Shown here piece by piece: positions 16,299 through 25,902 of a stretch of DNA of 64,000 nucleotides. The position numbers and the translations under genes were made by a program. The notes beneath the pieces are model-generated. The model made no database searches and was not told the DNA's origin. It was given only the letters and a program-made list of their open reading frames with translations. The stretch lies in the IMG/VR virus record IMGVR_UViG_3300011339_000278, positions 6,743 to 70,742 of that record; one strand, written 5' to 3'. This DNA comes from a virus (lineage: Duplodnaviria; Caudoviricetes). The stretch's first letter is position 1; the number at the start of each line of letters is the position of its first letter.

Positions 16299-17787
16299 AC
16301 AGCTAAAAGCCATCAAAGATGCGCTTCCAACGATGCCGTTGGAGCAAAAAATCCATACTTTGGAGCTTTTGAGAACGTACGACAGTGAATCTGTGCAGGA
16401 AGTGGGTAAAGATGACTTCTTAACCTTCATTGACCACGTATATCCGGGCTATAAAGTGGGTCCACACCACAAAAGACTGGCCAAAATCTTTGAAGACATA
16501 GCCAACGGCAAGAAAAGACGGGTTATTGTGAACATTGCCCCCCGTCACGGTAAGTCTGAGATGATTTCTTACCTTGCACCAGCGTGGTTTCTAGGTAAAT
16601 ACCCTAATAAAAAGATTATTATGGCCTCCCACACTGCCGATTTGGCGGTGAATTTTGGCCGTAGAGTACGTAATTTGGTGGGTTCTGAGGCTTATCGGGA
16701 CGTGTTTCCGCAGATTGAATTGCAAGCTGACAGTAAGTCTGCGTCACGTTGGGGTACAAATTTCAACGGAGAATACTTTGCTATTGGTGTCGGAGGTGCT
16801 CTTGCTGGTCGTGGCGCTGATTTATTTATCATTGACGACCCTCATTCTGAACAAGAAGCTAAGACTGGGCGACCGGACGTTTTCCTTCCTGCTTGGGAGT
16901 GGTTTCAGTCTGGCCCTTTGCAGCGTCTTATGCCGGGTGGCTCTATCATTATAGTGATGACAAGGTGGTCAAAACTTGACTTGACTGGCATGATTGTGAA
17001 CCAGATGGGCCGCGAGGAAGATGTGGACCAGTGGGAGATTGTTGAGTTCCCTGCCATATTGAATGACAAACCGTTGTGGGGTGAGTTCTGGTCACTTGAA
17101 GAATTGCTCGGCAAGAAAGCGGGTATGGACCCACGGTACTGGCAGGCCCAGTACATGCAGAACCCCGTCTCTGAGGAAGGCGCTCTTATTAAGCGCGAAT
17201 GGTGGCAGATTTGGGAAAAGGACAACCCGCCTCAGTGCGAGTTCACAATCATGTCGCTGGACGCGGCGCAAGAAGCTAATACTAGAGCCGACTACAACGC
17301 ACTGACAACGTGGGGTGTGTTCTTCAACGAAGAAACAAACAACTACGCAATTATTTTGCTCAACTCTATTAAGAAGCGGATGGAGTACCCAGACCTCAAA
17401 GCGATGGTGCTTGAGGAGTACAAAGAGTGGGAGCCTGATGCGTTTATTGTTGAGAAGAAGTCTAACGGCTCGGCGCTTTACCAAGAGTTCAGAAGGATGG
17501 GTGTGCCCATAGGTGAGTTTACTCCGGGTAAAGGACAAGATAAGATTGCGCGGGTGAACGCGGTGTCTGCACTGTTCCAAGGAGGAGTAGTGTTTGCACC
17601 GGACCGCAGATGGGCTAGAGAAGTTATTGAAGAATGTAACGACTTTCCGTCGGGTACAAATGATGACTTGGTTGACTCAACAACACTAGCACTCATGCGG
17701 TTCAGACAAGGCGGGTTTATTCGCTTACCAAGCGACGAGCCTGAAGAAGAGAGATATTTTCGCAGCAAGAAAGCTGCGTTTTACTAA
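16282..17787 (+). CDS. terL: Terminase large subunit
   Basis: Walker A NIAPRHGKS, Walker B IIDDPH, nuclease D..A and DDLVDS motifs. Confidence 0.97.
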   Translation: MKITPEQLKAIKDALPTMPLEQKIHTLELLRTYDSESVQEVGKDDFLTFIDHVYPGYKVGPHHKRLAKIFEDIANGKKRRVIVNIAPRHGKSEMISYLAPAWFLGKYPNKKIIMASHTADLAVNFGRRVRNLVGSEAYRDVFPQIELQADSKSASRWGTNFNGEYFAIGVGGALAGRGADLFIIDDPHSEQEAKTGRPDVFLPAWEWFQSGPLQRLMPGGSIIIVMTRWSKLDLTGMIVNQMGREEDVDQWEIVEFPAILNDKPLWGEFWSLEELLGKKAGMDPRYWQAQYMQNPVSEEGALIKREWWQIWEKDNPPQCEFTIMSLDAAQEANTRADYNALTTWGVFFNEETNNYAIILLNSIKKRMEYPDLKAMVLEEYKEWEPDAFIVEKKSNGSALYQEFRRMGVPIGEFTPGKGQDKIARVNAVSALFQGGVVFAPDRRWAREVIEECNDFPSGTNDDLVDSTTLALMRFRQGGFIRLPSDEPEEERYFRSKKAAFY

Positions 17788-17795
17788 GGATAGAT

Positions 17796-20312
17796 ATGGC
17801 TACGAATATGGTCCCCTCATTGTCGCAAGCTCCACTGGGCTTGAGTGCGTTGGAAGACATGGGCGACATGCCCGCGATTGAGATTGAGATCGAAGATCCC
17901 GAGGGTGTTCGCATCGGGCTGGACGGCATGGAGATTGACTTGATGCCCGACGAAGAGGGCGAAGACTTTGATGCCAACCTTGCAGAGGAAATGGACTCGG
18001 GTGAGTTGCAGAAAGTTGCAAGCGACATCATTGAGATGGTAGATGCGGACATTAACTCACGCAAAGAGTGGGTTGAGATGTATGTCAAGGGCTTAGATGT
18101 TTTGGGAATGAAGTATGAAGAGCGTACTGAACCGTGGCTCGGCGCTTGCGGTGTTTTCTCAACGGTACTCACAGAAGCTGCTGTACGGTTCCAGAGCGAG
18201 ACTATCATTGAAACGTTCCCTGCTCAGGGTCCGGTCAAAACCGAGATCGTCGGTGCAATTGATAAACTTAAAGAAGAGGCGGCTGAGCGTGTAAGAGACG
18301 ACATGAACTATCAGCTCACCGAGGTGATGACTGAGTATCGCCCTGAGCATGAGCGCATGTTGTATAACTTAGGACTAGCGGGCGCGGCGTTCAAGAAAGT
18401 TTATTTTGACCCGTCACTTGATCGTCAAGTGGCGATGTTTATTCCAGCTGAAGACATCATCATTCCGTACGGTGCATCGAGCGCGGCGACATCTGAGCGT
18501 CTGACTCACGTCATGCGTAAGACCAAGAATGAGATGAAGAAGTTGCAGGTTGCGGGCTTCTACGTTGATGAAGATTTGGGTGAACCTGTCACGATCCACA
18601 CAGATGTGGAGAAGAAGAAAGCCGAGGATCAGGGTTACTCACTGACAGACGATGATCGCTATCAAGTCTTGGAAGTGCACATCGACTACGACCTGCCCGG
18701 TTATGAAGATGAAGATGGTATCGCTCTGCCGTATATCATCACAATTGAGCGTGGCACTAACGCTGTGTTGGCCATCCGCCGTAACTGGAACGAGGACGAC
18801 AAGAGAAAACTCAAGCGTCAACACTTTGTGCAGTACACATACGTCCCCGGCTTCGGTGCTTATGGTCTAGGTTTGATCCACTTGATCGGTGGCTACGCCC
18901 GTGCTGGTACATCCCTCATCAGACAGCTCGTTGACGCAGGTACGCTGTCTAACTTGCCCGGTGGCTTGAAGACCAGAGGGTTGAGAATTAAGGGTGACGA
19001 TACGCCGATCAACCCCGGTGAGTTCCGTGATGTAGATGTGCCGTCAGGTACAGTGCGTGACAACATCATGGCGCTGCCGTACAAAGAGCCAAGTCAAGTT
19101 TTGGCGGGGTTGTTAGATCGCATCACTGAAGAAGGTCGTCGTCTGGGTTCAATCGCTGATATGAACATCAGCGACATGAGCGCTAACGCACCGGTGGGTA
19201 CAACGCTGGCGCTGCTTGAGAGACAGCTCAAAACAATGAGTGCGGTTCAAGCCCGCGTGCACTACAGCATGAAGCAAGAGTTTCAGCTCCTGCGTGACAT
19301 TATTCGTGATCACACTCCACCAGAGTACAGCTTCGATCCAGTTGAAGGTGATAGAAAAGCAAAGCAAGCTGACTACGACATAGTGTCAGTGATTCCGGTG
19401 AGTGATCCCAACAGTGCAACGATGGCTCAGCGCATCATGCAGTACCAAGCTGTGATTCAGTTGGCACAAGGCGCACCACAGATCTATGACTTGCCGCAGT
19501 TGCACAGGCAGATGATCGAGGTGCTGGGTATCAAGAACGCAGATAAGTTAGTCCCAGTAGACGACGACCAGACTCCGCGTGATCCTGTGTCTGAGAACAT
19601 GTCGTTCCTCACTGGTAAGCCTACGAAAGCGTTTATTTATCAGGACCACGATGCACACATTGCTGTGCATACCAGCATGATGCAGGACCCGATGATCATG
19701 GGTCAGATTGGTCAGAGTCCCATGGCTCAGCAGATGCAGGGCGCGATCATGGCTCACGTTGCTGAACACTTAGCGTTCCAGTACCGTCAGAAAGTTCAAG
19801 AGCAGTTGGGTGCTACGTTGCCAGCTCCTGATGCGCAGTTGGATGAACAGGTTGAAGTGCAGGTGTCCAAACTTGTGGCTCAAGCTGCGACGCAACTTCT
19901 TGCGATGGATAAAGCCAAGGCCGCTCAACAGCAAGCGATGCAGCAGGCTCAAGATCCGATCATTCAGATGCAACAGGCTGAACTTCAGATCAAGAAGCAA
20001 GAAGCTGAAATCAAGGCGCTCAAAGTCAAAGGTGACTTGCAGCTCAAAGCCGAAGAGTTGTCACTCAAGGCGCAGGAAAGTGCAGCTAGAGCTGGAGAAG
20101 ATCCAGCCATGGCAGCGATGCGGTTGCAACAAGAGATTGCTCAAGCCCAAGAGTTACACGGCTTAGAGATGGCGGCCAAACAGATGGAGTTGCAGCAGGC
20201 TCAAGCCCAGCAGCAACAAGCCATGATGCAGCAGCAACAGATGCACCAGCAAAAGATGGCTCACGGCGGGCAAGTCCATGAGCAGAGGTTAATGCAGAGT
20301 AATAAGGAGTAA
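17796..20312 (+). CDS. Portal protein (P22-like) with Gln-rich coiled-coil tail
   Basis: 838 aa after TerL; AFKKVY, YGLGLIHL and DAGTLSNLPGG blocks; long Q-rich C-terminus. Confidence 0.9.
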   Translation: MATNMVPSLSQAPLGLSALEDMGDMPAIEIEIEDPEGVRIGLDGMEIDLMPDEEGEDFDANLAEEMDSGELQKVASDIIEMVDADINSRKEWVEMYVKGLDVLGMKYEERTEPWLGACGVFSTVLTEAAVRFQSETIIETFPAQGPVKTEIVGAIDKLKEEAAERVRDDMNYQLTEVMTEYRPEHERMLYNLGLAGAAFKKVYFDPSLDRQVAMFIPAEDIIIPYGASSAATSERLTHVMRKTKNEMKKLQVAGFYVDEDLGEPVTIHTDVEKKKAEDQGYSLTDDDRYQVLEVHIDYDLPGYEDEDGIALPYIITIERGTNAVLAIRRNWNEDDKRKLKRQHFVQYTYVPGFGAYGLGLIHLIGGYARAGTSLIRQLVDAGTLSNLPGGLKTRGLRIKGDDTPINPGEFRDVDVPSGTVRDNIMALPYKEPSQVLAGLLDRITEEGRRLGSIADMNISDMSANAPVGTTLALLERQLKTMSAVQARVHYSMKQEFQLLRDIIRDHTPPEYSFDPVEGDRKAKQADYDIVSVIPVSDPNSATMAQRIMQYQAVIQLAQGAPQIYDLPQLHRQMIEVLGIKNADKLVPVDDDQTPRDPVSENMSFLTGKPTKAFIYQDHDAHIAVHTSMMQDPMIMGQIGQSPMAQQMQGAIMAHVAEHLAFQYRQKVQEQLGATLPAPDAQLDEQVEVQVSKLVAQAATQLLAMDKAKAAQQQAMQQAQDPIIQMQQAELQIKKQEAEIKALKVKGDLQLKAEELSLKAQESAARAGEDPAMAAMRLQQEIAQAQELHGLEMAAKQMELQQAQAQQQQAMMQQQQMHQQKMAHGGQVHEQRLMQSNKE

Positions 20313-20314
20313 TC

Positions 20315-20509
20315 ATGGCTAACTTGCTTGAAGTGTTGAACGGTAAGCTTGATGAACACGTCAAGCAGTTGGTCGATGTTGTCAGTGGTGGTGGAGCTAA
20401 ATCCCACGACCACTACAAAGAACTGTGCGGAACTATCCGGGGTCTGCAAACCGCGCAGTATGAACTTGCTGACCTCGTGCGTAAAACTAAGGAATATGAA
20501 GATGAATAA
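20315..20509 (+). CDS. Small conserved head-module protein
   Basis: 64 aa; Y..LCG.IRGL pattern; sits between portal and GroES. Confidence 0.75.
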   Translation: MANLLEVLNGKLDEHVKQLVDVVSGGGAKSHDHYKELCGTIRGLQTAQYELADLVRKTKEYEDE

Positions 20510-20906
20510 ATTTGACGTTAGTGCGGTTGATCTAAGCGGTGTGCTAAATACCAACGCTGAAGAAAAAGCCAAACAAGTGCCTGATCCGGTGACGTACCAC
20601 TTACTGTGTATGTTGCCCAAGGCAGAAGAGGAGTTTAGTGAGACCGGTATTTTGAAATCGGCTACGGCGATGTACCACGAGGAGCTTCTCTCCCCCGTGT
20701 TGTTTGTTGCCAAGATTGGCCCCGATGCGTTCAAAGACCCAGCCCGATTCCCATCTGGCCCAAGCTGCAAGGTTGGTGACTTTGTGTTAGTACGTCCTAA
20801 CACGGGAACCCGCATGAAGATTCATGGAACCGAGTGGAGACTCATTAATGATGATTCCGTTCAGGCTGTTGTGCAAGACCCTCGTGGTATCCAACGCCCC
20901 AACTAA
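20502..20906 (+). CDS. groES: GroES-like co-chaperonin
   Basis: ETGILKS mobile-loop-like segment, V.KIGPDA, CKVGDFVL, G.EWRLINDDSVQAVV; ATG at 20502. Confidence 0.8.
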   Translation: MNKFDVSAVDLSGVLNTNAEEKAKQVPDPVTYHLLCMLPKAEEEFSETGILKSATAMYHEELLSPVLFVAKIGPDAFKDPARFPSGPSCKVGDFVLVRPNTGTRMKIHGTEWRLINDDSVQAVVQDPRGIQRPN

Positions 20907-20916
20907 GGAGTAAACC

Positions 20917-21873
20917 ATGGCTGAAAAAGACGAATTTAAGTTCCCTGACGAAGCTGAAAGTAAGAATGCCAAGGCAGAAGAAAAGATTGACTTTGAAGTT
21001 GAAGGCGAAAGTGAGCCGGAAATTGAAGTTATAGACGACACCCCTGCTGAAGACCGTGGCCGCAAGCCCATGGTTGAGCCTCCCAAAGAGGTAACTGACG
21101 AGGAGTTGGCTAAATACGACGAAGGCGTACAGAAGCGCATTAAGCACTTTACCAAGGGCTACCACGAAGAGCGTCGCGCAAAAGAGACAGCCGAACGTGA
21201 AAGAGAAGAGGCTCTTCGCTTGGCGCAAGCCGTGTTGGAAGAGAACAAAAAGCTCAAAGGTTCTGTCAATCAGAACCAAGCTGCTCTACTTGAACAAGCT
21301 AAGCGTGTAGTGACGAATGAGGTCGAGACTGCTAAGCGCATGTACAAGGAAGCCTACGAGTCTGGCGATACTGATAAGTTAGTTGAGGCTCAGGAAGCAC
21401 TCACTACTGCAAAGATTCGTGCGGATAAAGTAAATAATTTCAAGCCTGCCCCTTTACAGGAAGAAGAAACTCCTGTACAAATCGCTCAACAGCCCACTAA
21501 AGCTGCACCTGTTGATGAAAAACTGCTTGCATGGCAAGACCAAAATCAGTGGTTTGGAAGCAACAAACGAATGACAGCCTATGCCCTAGGCTTGCATGAA
21601 GATTTAGTGAGTGAAGGAATACCAAGTGGCAGCGACGAATACTATCGACGTATTAACGCTGACATTAGGGAAAGATTCTCGGATCAGTTTGGAGCCGAAG
21701 AGTCCGTTGATGCTAAACCTCAACGCACTAAATCCAACATTGTTGCACCTGCAACCCGTAGCACAGCGCCTAAAAAGATCGTGCTTACGCAGACACAGGT
21801 GAATCTCGCCAAGCGGTTGGGAGTTCCATTGGAACTGTACGCCCGTAAGGTTGCTGAAGAAATGAGGAAATGA
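20917..21873 (+). CDS. Capsid scaffolding-like protein
   Basis: Acidic N-terminus, coiled coil, C-terminal LT..Q..LAKRLGV..E.YA. Confidence 0.7.
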   Translation: MAEKDEFKFPDEAESKNAKAEEKIDFEVEGESEPEIEVIDDTPAEDRGRKPMVEPPKEVTDEELAKYDEGVQKRIKHFTKGYHEERRAKETAEREREEALRLAQAVLEENKKLKGSVNQNQAALLEQAKRVVTNEVETAKRMYKEAYESGDTDKLVEAQEALTTAKIRADKVNNFKPAPLQEEETPVQIAQQPTKAAPVDEKLLAWQDQNQWFGSNKRMTAYALGLHEDLVSEGIPSGSDEYYRRINADIRERFSDQFGAEESVDAKPQRTKSNIVAPATRSTAPKKIVLTQTQVNLAKRLGVPLELYARKVAEEMRK

Positions 21874-22328
21874 AAATGGAAAAGACTAACCGTATGACTC
21901 GTGAACTTGATACCCGCGAGAAGATGGAGCGCCCAAAGCAATGGATGCCACCACAACTTCTGCCCGACCCCAATCCGGAGGAGGGTTATGCGTTTCGCTG
22001 GATCAGGATTGCATCGTTAGGTAAAGACGACGCCACTAACATTTCTGGTAAGTTACGCGAAGGCTGGGAACCCGTAAAAGCTTCCGACCATCCCGAAGTC
22101 CGTCTGTTTGGTTCTTCCAACGGGAAGTTTCCTGACAGTATTGAAGTCGGCGGTTTGTTGCTTTGCAAAACCCCAGTGGAGTTTACAGATCAACGTAATG
22201 ATTACTACCGCAAACAAGCGGAAGCTCAGATGAATTCTGTAGATAACACTTACATGCGCGAGAATGATCCGAGGATGCCTATGTTCAAAGAACGTAAGTC
22301 CACGGTCACTTTCGGAAAAGGTACTTAA
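21870..22328 (+). CDS. Conserved head-module protein
   Basis: FRWIR...G..D..N....REGWEPV; GGLLLCK. Confidence 0.75.
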   Translation: MKMEKTNRMTRELDTREKMERPKQWMPPQLLPDPNPEEGYAFRWIRIASLGKDDATNISGKLREGWEPVKASDHPEVRLFGSSNGKFPDSIEVGGLLLCKTPVEFTDQRNDYYRKQAEAQMNSVDNTYMRENDPRMPMFKERKSTVTFGKGT

Positions 22329-22346
22329 ATTTTTTTGGAGTCTTAA

Positions 22347-22925
22347 ATGGCATATCCTACCGTTGATAAGCCCTATGGTTTCTCCCCAATCAATCGTATT
22401 GGCGGAAATCCCTATGCGGGTTCTACACGACTGATCCCAGTCGATTCCGGCGCTGTCTTTGATGGCGACCTCGTTGAAATGTTGGCTTCAGGCTCATGCA
22501 AAGTGATTGCCAGCGGTACTGCCGCTGCACAATGCGTTGGCGTCTGTGTCGGCGTTCAATACACCAACTCTTCTGGTCAAACAGTTCAAGCTCAGTATGC
22601 TCCGTCATCTGGCGTGAGCAACGTTTTGGCTTATATTGTTGATGATCCTACAGCTCTGTTTAAAGTAGCAGTTGTGTCTTCTGGCACCACCATGTCTACT
22701 TTGACCCGCGCTGCTGTTGGTCAAAATGCTCCCGTGGCATTGAATTCTGGTAATACAAACACCGGCAATTCAACTCAAGCAATTACAACTTCTACTGATA
22801 TTACGGCCACATTGCCAATTCGTATCATTGATGTTGTGCCTGAGACTGCTGTTACATCAACCACTTACGTTGAGATGATCGTCAAGATCAACACTCACTC
22901 GTATAACAATACCACCGGTATCTAA
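22347..22925 (+). CDS. Putative capsid decoration/cement protein
   Basis: Beta-rich 192 aa directly before the major capsid gene. Confidence 0.6.
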   Translation: MAYPTVDKPYGFSPINRIGGNPYAGSTRLIPVDSGAVFDGDLVEMLASGSCKVIASGTAAAQCVGVCVGVQYTNSSGQTVQAQYAPSSGVSNVLAYIVDDPTALFKVAVVSSGTTMSTLTRAAVGQNAPVALNSGNTNTGNSTQAITTSTDITATLPIRIIDVVPETAVTSTTYVEMIVKINTHSYNNTTGI

Positions 22926-22938
22926 GGAGTAACTTACC

Positions 22939-23847
22939 ATGGCTATTTCACGCGCACAACTATTGAAAGAGTTGCTCCCCGGTCTGAACGCATTGTTTGG
23001 TCTTGAGTACGCTAAGTACGGCGAAGAGCACAAAGAAATCTACGAAACAGAGTCATCTGAGCGTAGCTTCGAAGAAGAAACAAAGCTGTCTGGTTTCTCA
23101 GCTGCACCTGTCAAGAATGAAGGCTCTGCCATCGCTTATGACAATGCACAAGAAGCATGGACTGCACGTTACACCCACGAAACCATTGCGATGGGCTTCT
23201 CCATCACTGAGGAAGCTGTGGAAGATAACTTGTATGACAGCTTGTCTTCACGTTATACCAAGGCTCTGGCCCGTGGTATGGCTTACACAAAGCAAGTTAA
23301 GGCCGCTTACGTCCTGAACAACGCTTTTGCTGGCGGCCCTACATACGGCGACGGTCAAGTGTTGTGCTCTACTGCACACCCCTTGGTTTCCGGTGGCACT
23401 AACAGCAACCGTCCTGCTACAGCAGCTGACTTGAACGAAACTTCGTTGGAAAACGCAGTTATTCAGATCGCCGCTTGGACAGACGAGCGCGGTTTGCTGA
23501 TCGCTGCTAAGCCCAAGAAGTTGGTCGTTCCTCCAGCAAACATGTTCGTTGCAACTCGTCTTCTTGAGACTGAGTTGCGTGTTGGCACAACCGACAACGA
23601 CATCAATGCATTGAAGAACAACGGTTCTATTCCTGAAGGTTACACCGTTAACCACTTCTTGACAGACCCCAATGCTTGGTTCTTGTTGACCGACGTGCCT
23701 AACGGCTTGAAGCACTTTGTCCGTACTCCTATGTCTACCGGAATGGACGGTGATTTCGACACTGGGAACGTTCGCTACAAGGCCCGTGAGCGTTATAGCT
23801 TCGGCGTATCTGATCCCCTCGGCATCTTCGGAAGCCCCGGCGCATAA
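22939..23847 (+). CDS. Major capsid protein (Mu gpT-like, HK97 fold)
   Basis: 302 aa with a strong RBS and biased codons; ELLPGLNALFG...RYKARERYSFG; followed by a double terminator. Confidence 0.9.
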   Translation: MAISRAQLLKELLPGLNALFGLEYAKYGEEHKEIYETESSERSFEEETKLSGFSAAPVKNEGSAIAYDNAQEAWTARYTHETIAMGFSITEEAVEDNLYDSLSSRYTKALARGMAYTKQVKAAYVLNNAFAGGPTYGDGQVLCSTAHPLVSGGTNSNRPATAADLNETSLENAVIQIAAWTDERGLLIAAKPKKLVVPPANMFVATRLLETELRVGTTDNDINALKNNGSIPEGYTVNHFLTDPNAWFLLTDVPNGLKHFVRTPMSTGMDGDFDTGNVRYKARERYSFGVSDPLGIFGSPGA

Positions 23848-23887
23848 GGCTTCGGCCTTATCGGAAAGGCCCTTCGGGGCCTTTTTT
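23845..23887 (+). terminator. Tandem TTCG-loop terminators after capsid gene
   Basis: TAAGGC-TTCG-GCCTTA and AAAGGCCC-TTCG-GGGCCTTT followed by T-run. Confidence 0.9.
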
Positions 23888-23940
23888 GTTTTTTAAAATA
23901 ACTGTGGTATATTACCTGTAACTAAGTCACAGGAGCCAAA

Positions 23941-24543
23941 ATGGACACCACAAACCTACCCAAGACCCGCGAAGAAGCTAAGAAATCCGGCAGTAAGTAC
24001 TATTTCACTGGACAACCTTGCAAGCATGGGCACATTGCAGCACGCAAAACCAAAGGAGCCTGCATAGAGTGTTTAAAAGTCGAGTGGTCAATAGGTAATA
24101 AAACCCGTGCCGATTACTTCCGTGAGTACAACAAACGTGAAGACACTAAAGATCGCAAAAACGAGTGGTATCAAGAAAACCGCGAAGCCGTGATTGCGGC
24201 AGCATCCACCCGCCCGGCGCATGTATTGCGGGAATACCGCAACGCGTGGAAAGCCAATAACAAAACGCAAGTACTTGCTGACAACAAAGTGCGACGCCGT
24301 AAACACCGTGAGGCTACACCCCCGTGGCTTACACGAAAACAAAAATCTGAAATACGCCAGCTTTATCAGATTGCCATCACGATGACCCAAACCACTGGAG
24401 AGCAGTACGTCGTTGACCACATCGTACCGCTGCGCTCGCATGAAGTATGCGGCTTACATGTGCCGTGGAACCTGCGCGTTATCACGCAAGAAGAAAACTT
24501 AAAGAAGTCCAACAAACTTGTTGCACCCCAAGAAACGCCATGA
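23941..24543 (+). CDS. HNH homing endonuclease
   Basis: YFTG.PCKHGH...C.EC; VVDHIVPL....VCGLHVPWNL.VI...EN..KSNK. Confidence 0.9.
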   Translation: MDTTNLPKTREEAKKSGSKYYFTGQPCKHGHIAARKTKGACIECLKVEWSIGNKTRADYFREYNKREDTKDRKNEWYQENREAVIAAASTRPAHVLREYRNAWKANNKTQVLADNKVRRRKHREATPPWLTRKQKSEIRQLYQIAITMTQTTGEQYVVDHIVPLRSHEVCGLHVPWNLRVITQEENLKKSNKLVAPQETP

Positions 24544-24549
24544 TATATT
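24521..24549 (+). promoter_or_regulatory. Sigma70-like promoter inside HNH 3' end
   Basis: TTGCAC-N17-TATATT with extended TG. Confidence 0.6.
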
Positions 24550-24550
24550 G

Positions 24551-24639
24551 CAACTAATCCGGGCTTTCCGGTGCATCAAATTGACCCGGCAAACGACATA
24601 CCGATTGATGCACTTAACTTGTATGTAAGGACACATATC
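24551..24639 (+). ncRNA. Pseudoknotted RNA element, possibly Mu-gpT-DE-like
   Basis: Three interleaved perfect stems: CCGGG/CCCGG, GTGCATCAA/TTGATGCAC, ACATAC/GTATGT; downstream of a gpT-like capsid gene. Confidence 0.55.
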
Positions 24640-25074
24640 ATGGGATTCGCAACTCACCTTGGCCCTTGGCTGCTTGGCACTGTCAAAGACACAACCGGCA
24701 CTACTGCTGGCACAGTTCGTAACACTGGCGCATCAGTTGTTACTCAACAAGTGACTTTGGTCGCTGGTTCTGCTGTAACTTTGATGATCCCCGCTGGATC
24801 TATCATTAGTAGCGTTCAGTCTTTCATGACTACCGGCGCTGCTGGCACACCTAACGTCACCGTTGGCGGCACTATCATTGGTACGCTCTCAACTGCTGCT
24901 GGTTTAAACTCATTGACAGTTACTGCTGCAAACGTGGGCACAATGGCTAACGTAGGTTCAACTGACGCTATTCTTAGTTTCACTGCTACCGCCGCTTCTG
25001 CTGGTGTGTTGAGCGTGACCTACACTGTTCGCGGCTCTGACGGAGTTGGCTTCCCTGTTGGCAACCAAAACTAA
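24640..25074 (+). CDS. Virion structural protein (minor capsid/decoration)
   Basis: ATG at 24640 after AAGGA; Thr/Ala/Gly-rich beta protein. Confidence 0.75.
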   Translation: MGFATHLGPWLLGTVKDTTGTTAGTVRNTGASVVTQQVTLVAGSAVTLMIPAGSIISSVQSFMTTGAAGTPNVTVGGTIIGTLSTAAGLNSLTVTAANVGTMANVGSTDAILSFTATAASAGVLSVTYTVRGSDGVGFPVGNQN

Positions 25075-25082
25075 TTAATCTA

Positions 25083-25098
25083 GGGGGCTTCGGCCCCC
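25083..25098 (+). terminator. TTCG hairpin
   Basis: GGGGC-TTCG-GCCCC. Confidence 0.55.
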
Positions 25099-25111
25099 AT
25101 TTACAAGGAGA

Positions 25112-25390
25112 TTGATTATGGGTATGCAAACAGATACAAGAGGCGCAACGTGCCCAGTTAGCACTGACACTACCGCCTATAACGGTCGCACTCGTTTTAA
25201 AGGATTGTGGTACAGCGCTACGGGCGCAACTACCATCGTTATCAAAGACGGCGCAACAACCTTGTTCACCTTTACTATTGGCGCTGCTGGCGTGGCTAGT
25301 ATTTGGATCCCGGGTGAAGGCGTAATTTGCTCGACCAGTTTGGTGGTTTCTGTTGGCGCAACTTGCGCAGCGGTGGCGTTCTATGGCTAA
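25112..25390 (+). CDS. Small beta-rich structural protein
   Basis: 92 aa with an AAGGAG RBS. Confidence 0.75.
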   Translation: MIMGMQTDTRGATCPVSTDTTAYNGRTRFKGLWYSATGATTIVIKDGATTLFTFTIGAAGVASIWIPGEGVICSTSLVVSVGATCAAVAFYG

Positions 25391-25628
25391 GAGTCCAGCA
25401 TGGCAGAGGAAAGAGGGCAAGAACCCCAAGGGTGGCTTGAATGCCAAGGGTCGGGCGTCCGCCAAAAAGCAAGGCATGAATTTGAAACCTCCCCAGCCGG
25501 AAGGCGGCTCCCGGCGAGACTCTTTCTGTGCGAGGATGGAAGGGATGAAAAAGAAATTGACATCCGCCAAAACCGCCAAAGACCCAGACTCACGCATAAA
25601 CAAATCACTTAGAGCATGGAAATGTTAA
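25383..25628 (+). CDS. Small basic virion-module protein
   Basis: MAKSPAWQRKEGKNPKGGLNAKGR...RRDSFCARM...SLRAWKC; ATG at 25383. Confidence 0.8.
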   Translation: MAKSPAWQRKEGKNPKGGLNAKGRASAKKQGMNLKPPQPEGGSRRDSFCARMEGMKKKLTSAKTAKDPDSRINKSLRAWKC

Positions 25629-25638
25629 AGGAGAAAAT

Positions 25639-25902
25639 ATGTTTGACTTAAATCAACCTACACCACAACCACAACCAACTCCATCGTCGAGTGATAAACC
25701 AGCGTTTGCGGATAAAAAGTTTAATCTAAAAGACGCGCTATCAGTCGATGCGTTTGGTGGGAAAATTTCACCCGCAAAAGTTGGCCAAGGTTACGGCCTT
25801 AAATTTGAAAAAAAGTTTTCAAAGGGTGGTAAAGCTAGCTCAGCTTCTAAACGTGCAGATGGTATTGCTCAGCGTGGTAAGACCAAAGGACGGATGTTGT
25901 AA
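25639..25902 (+). CDS. Small basic protein with FSKGG and RADG..GKTKG motifs
   Basis: AAGGAG RBS; motif shared with neighbours. Confidence 0.75.
   Translation: MFDLNQPTPQPQPTPSSSDKPAFADKKFNLKDALSVDAFGGKISPAKVGQGYGLKFEKKFSKGGKASSASKRADGIAQRGKTKGRML

Noticed and set aside
16282-17787. Introns or inteins in terminase (also checked polymerase and helicase)
   Set aside because: Lengths and motif spacing are normal, with no intein splice motifs or interrupted frames.
22997-23715. Alternative-frame and antisense ORFs over the capsid gene
   Set aside because: Typical shadow ORFs of a codon-biased gene, without RBS or protein-like features.
24551-24639. HDV-like or hammerhead ribozyme
   Set aside because: Stem order is chained rather than the nested HDV topology, and no CUGANGA/GAAA core is present. 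Self-cleavage is still worth testing.
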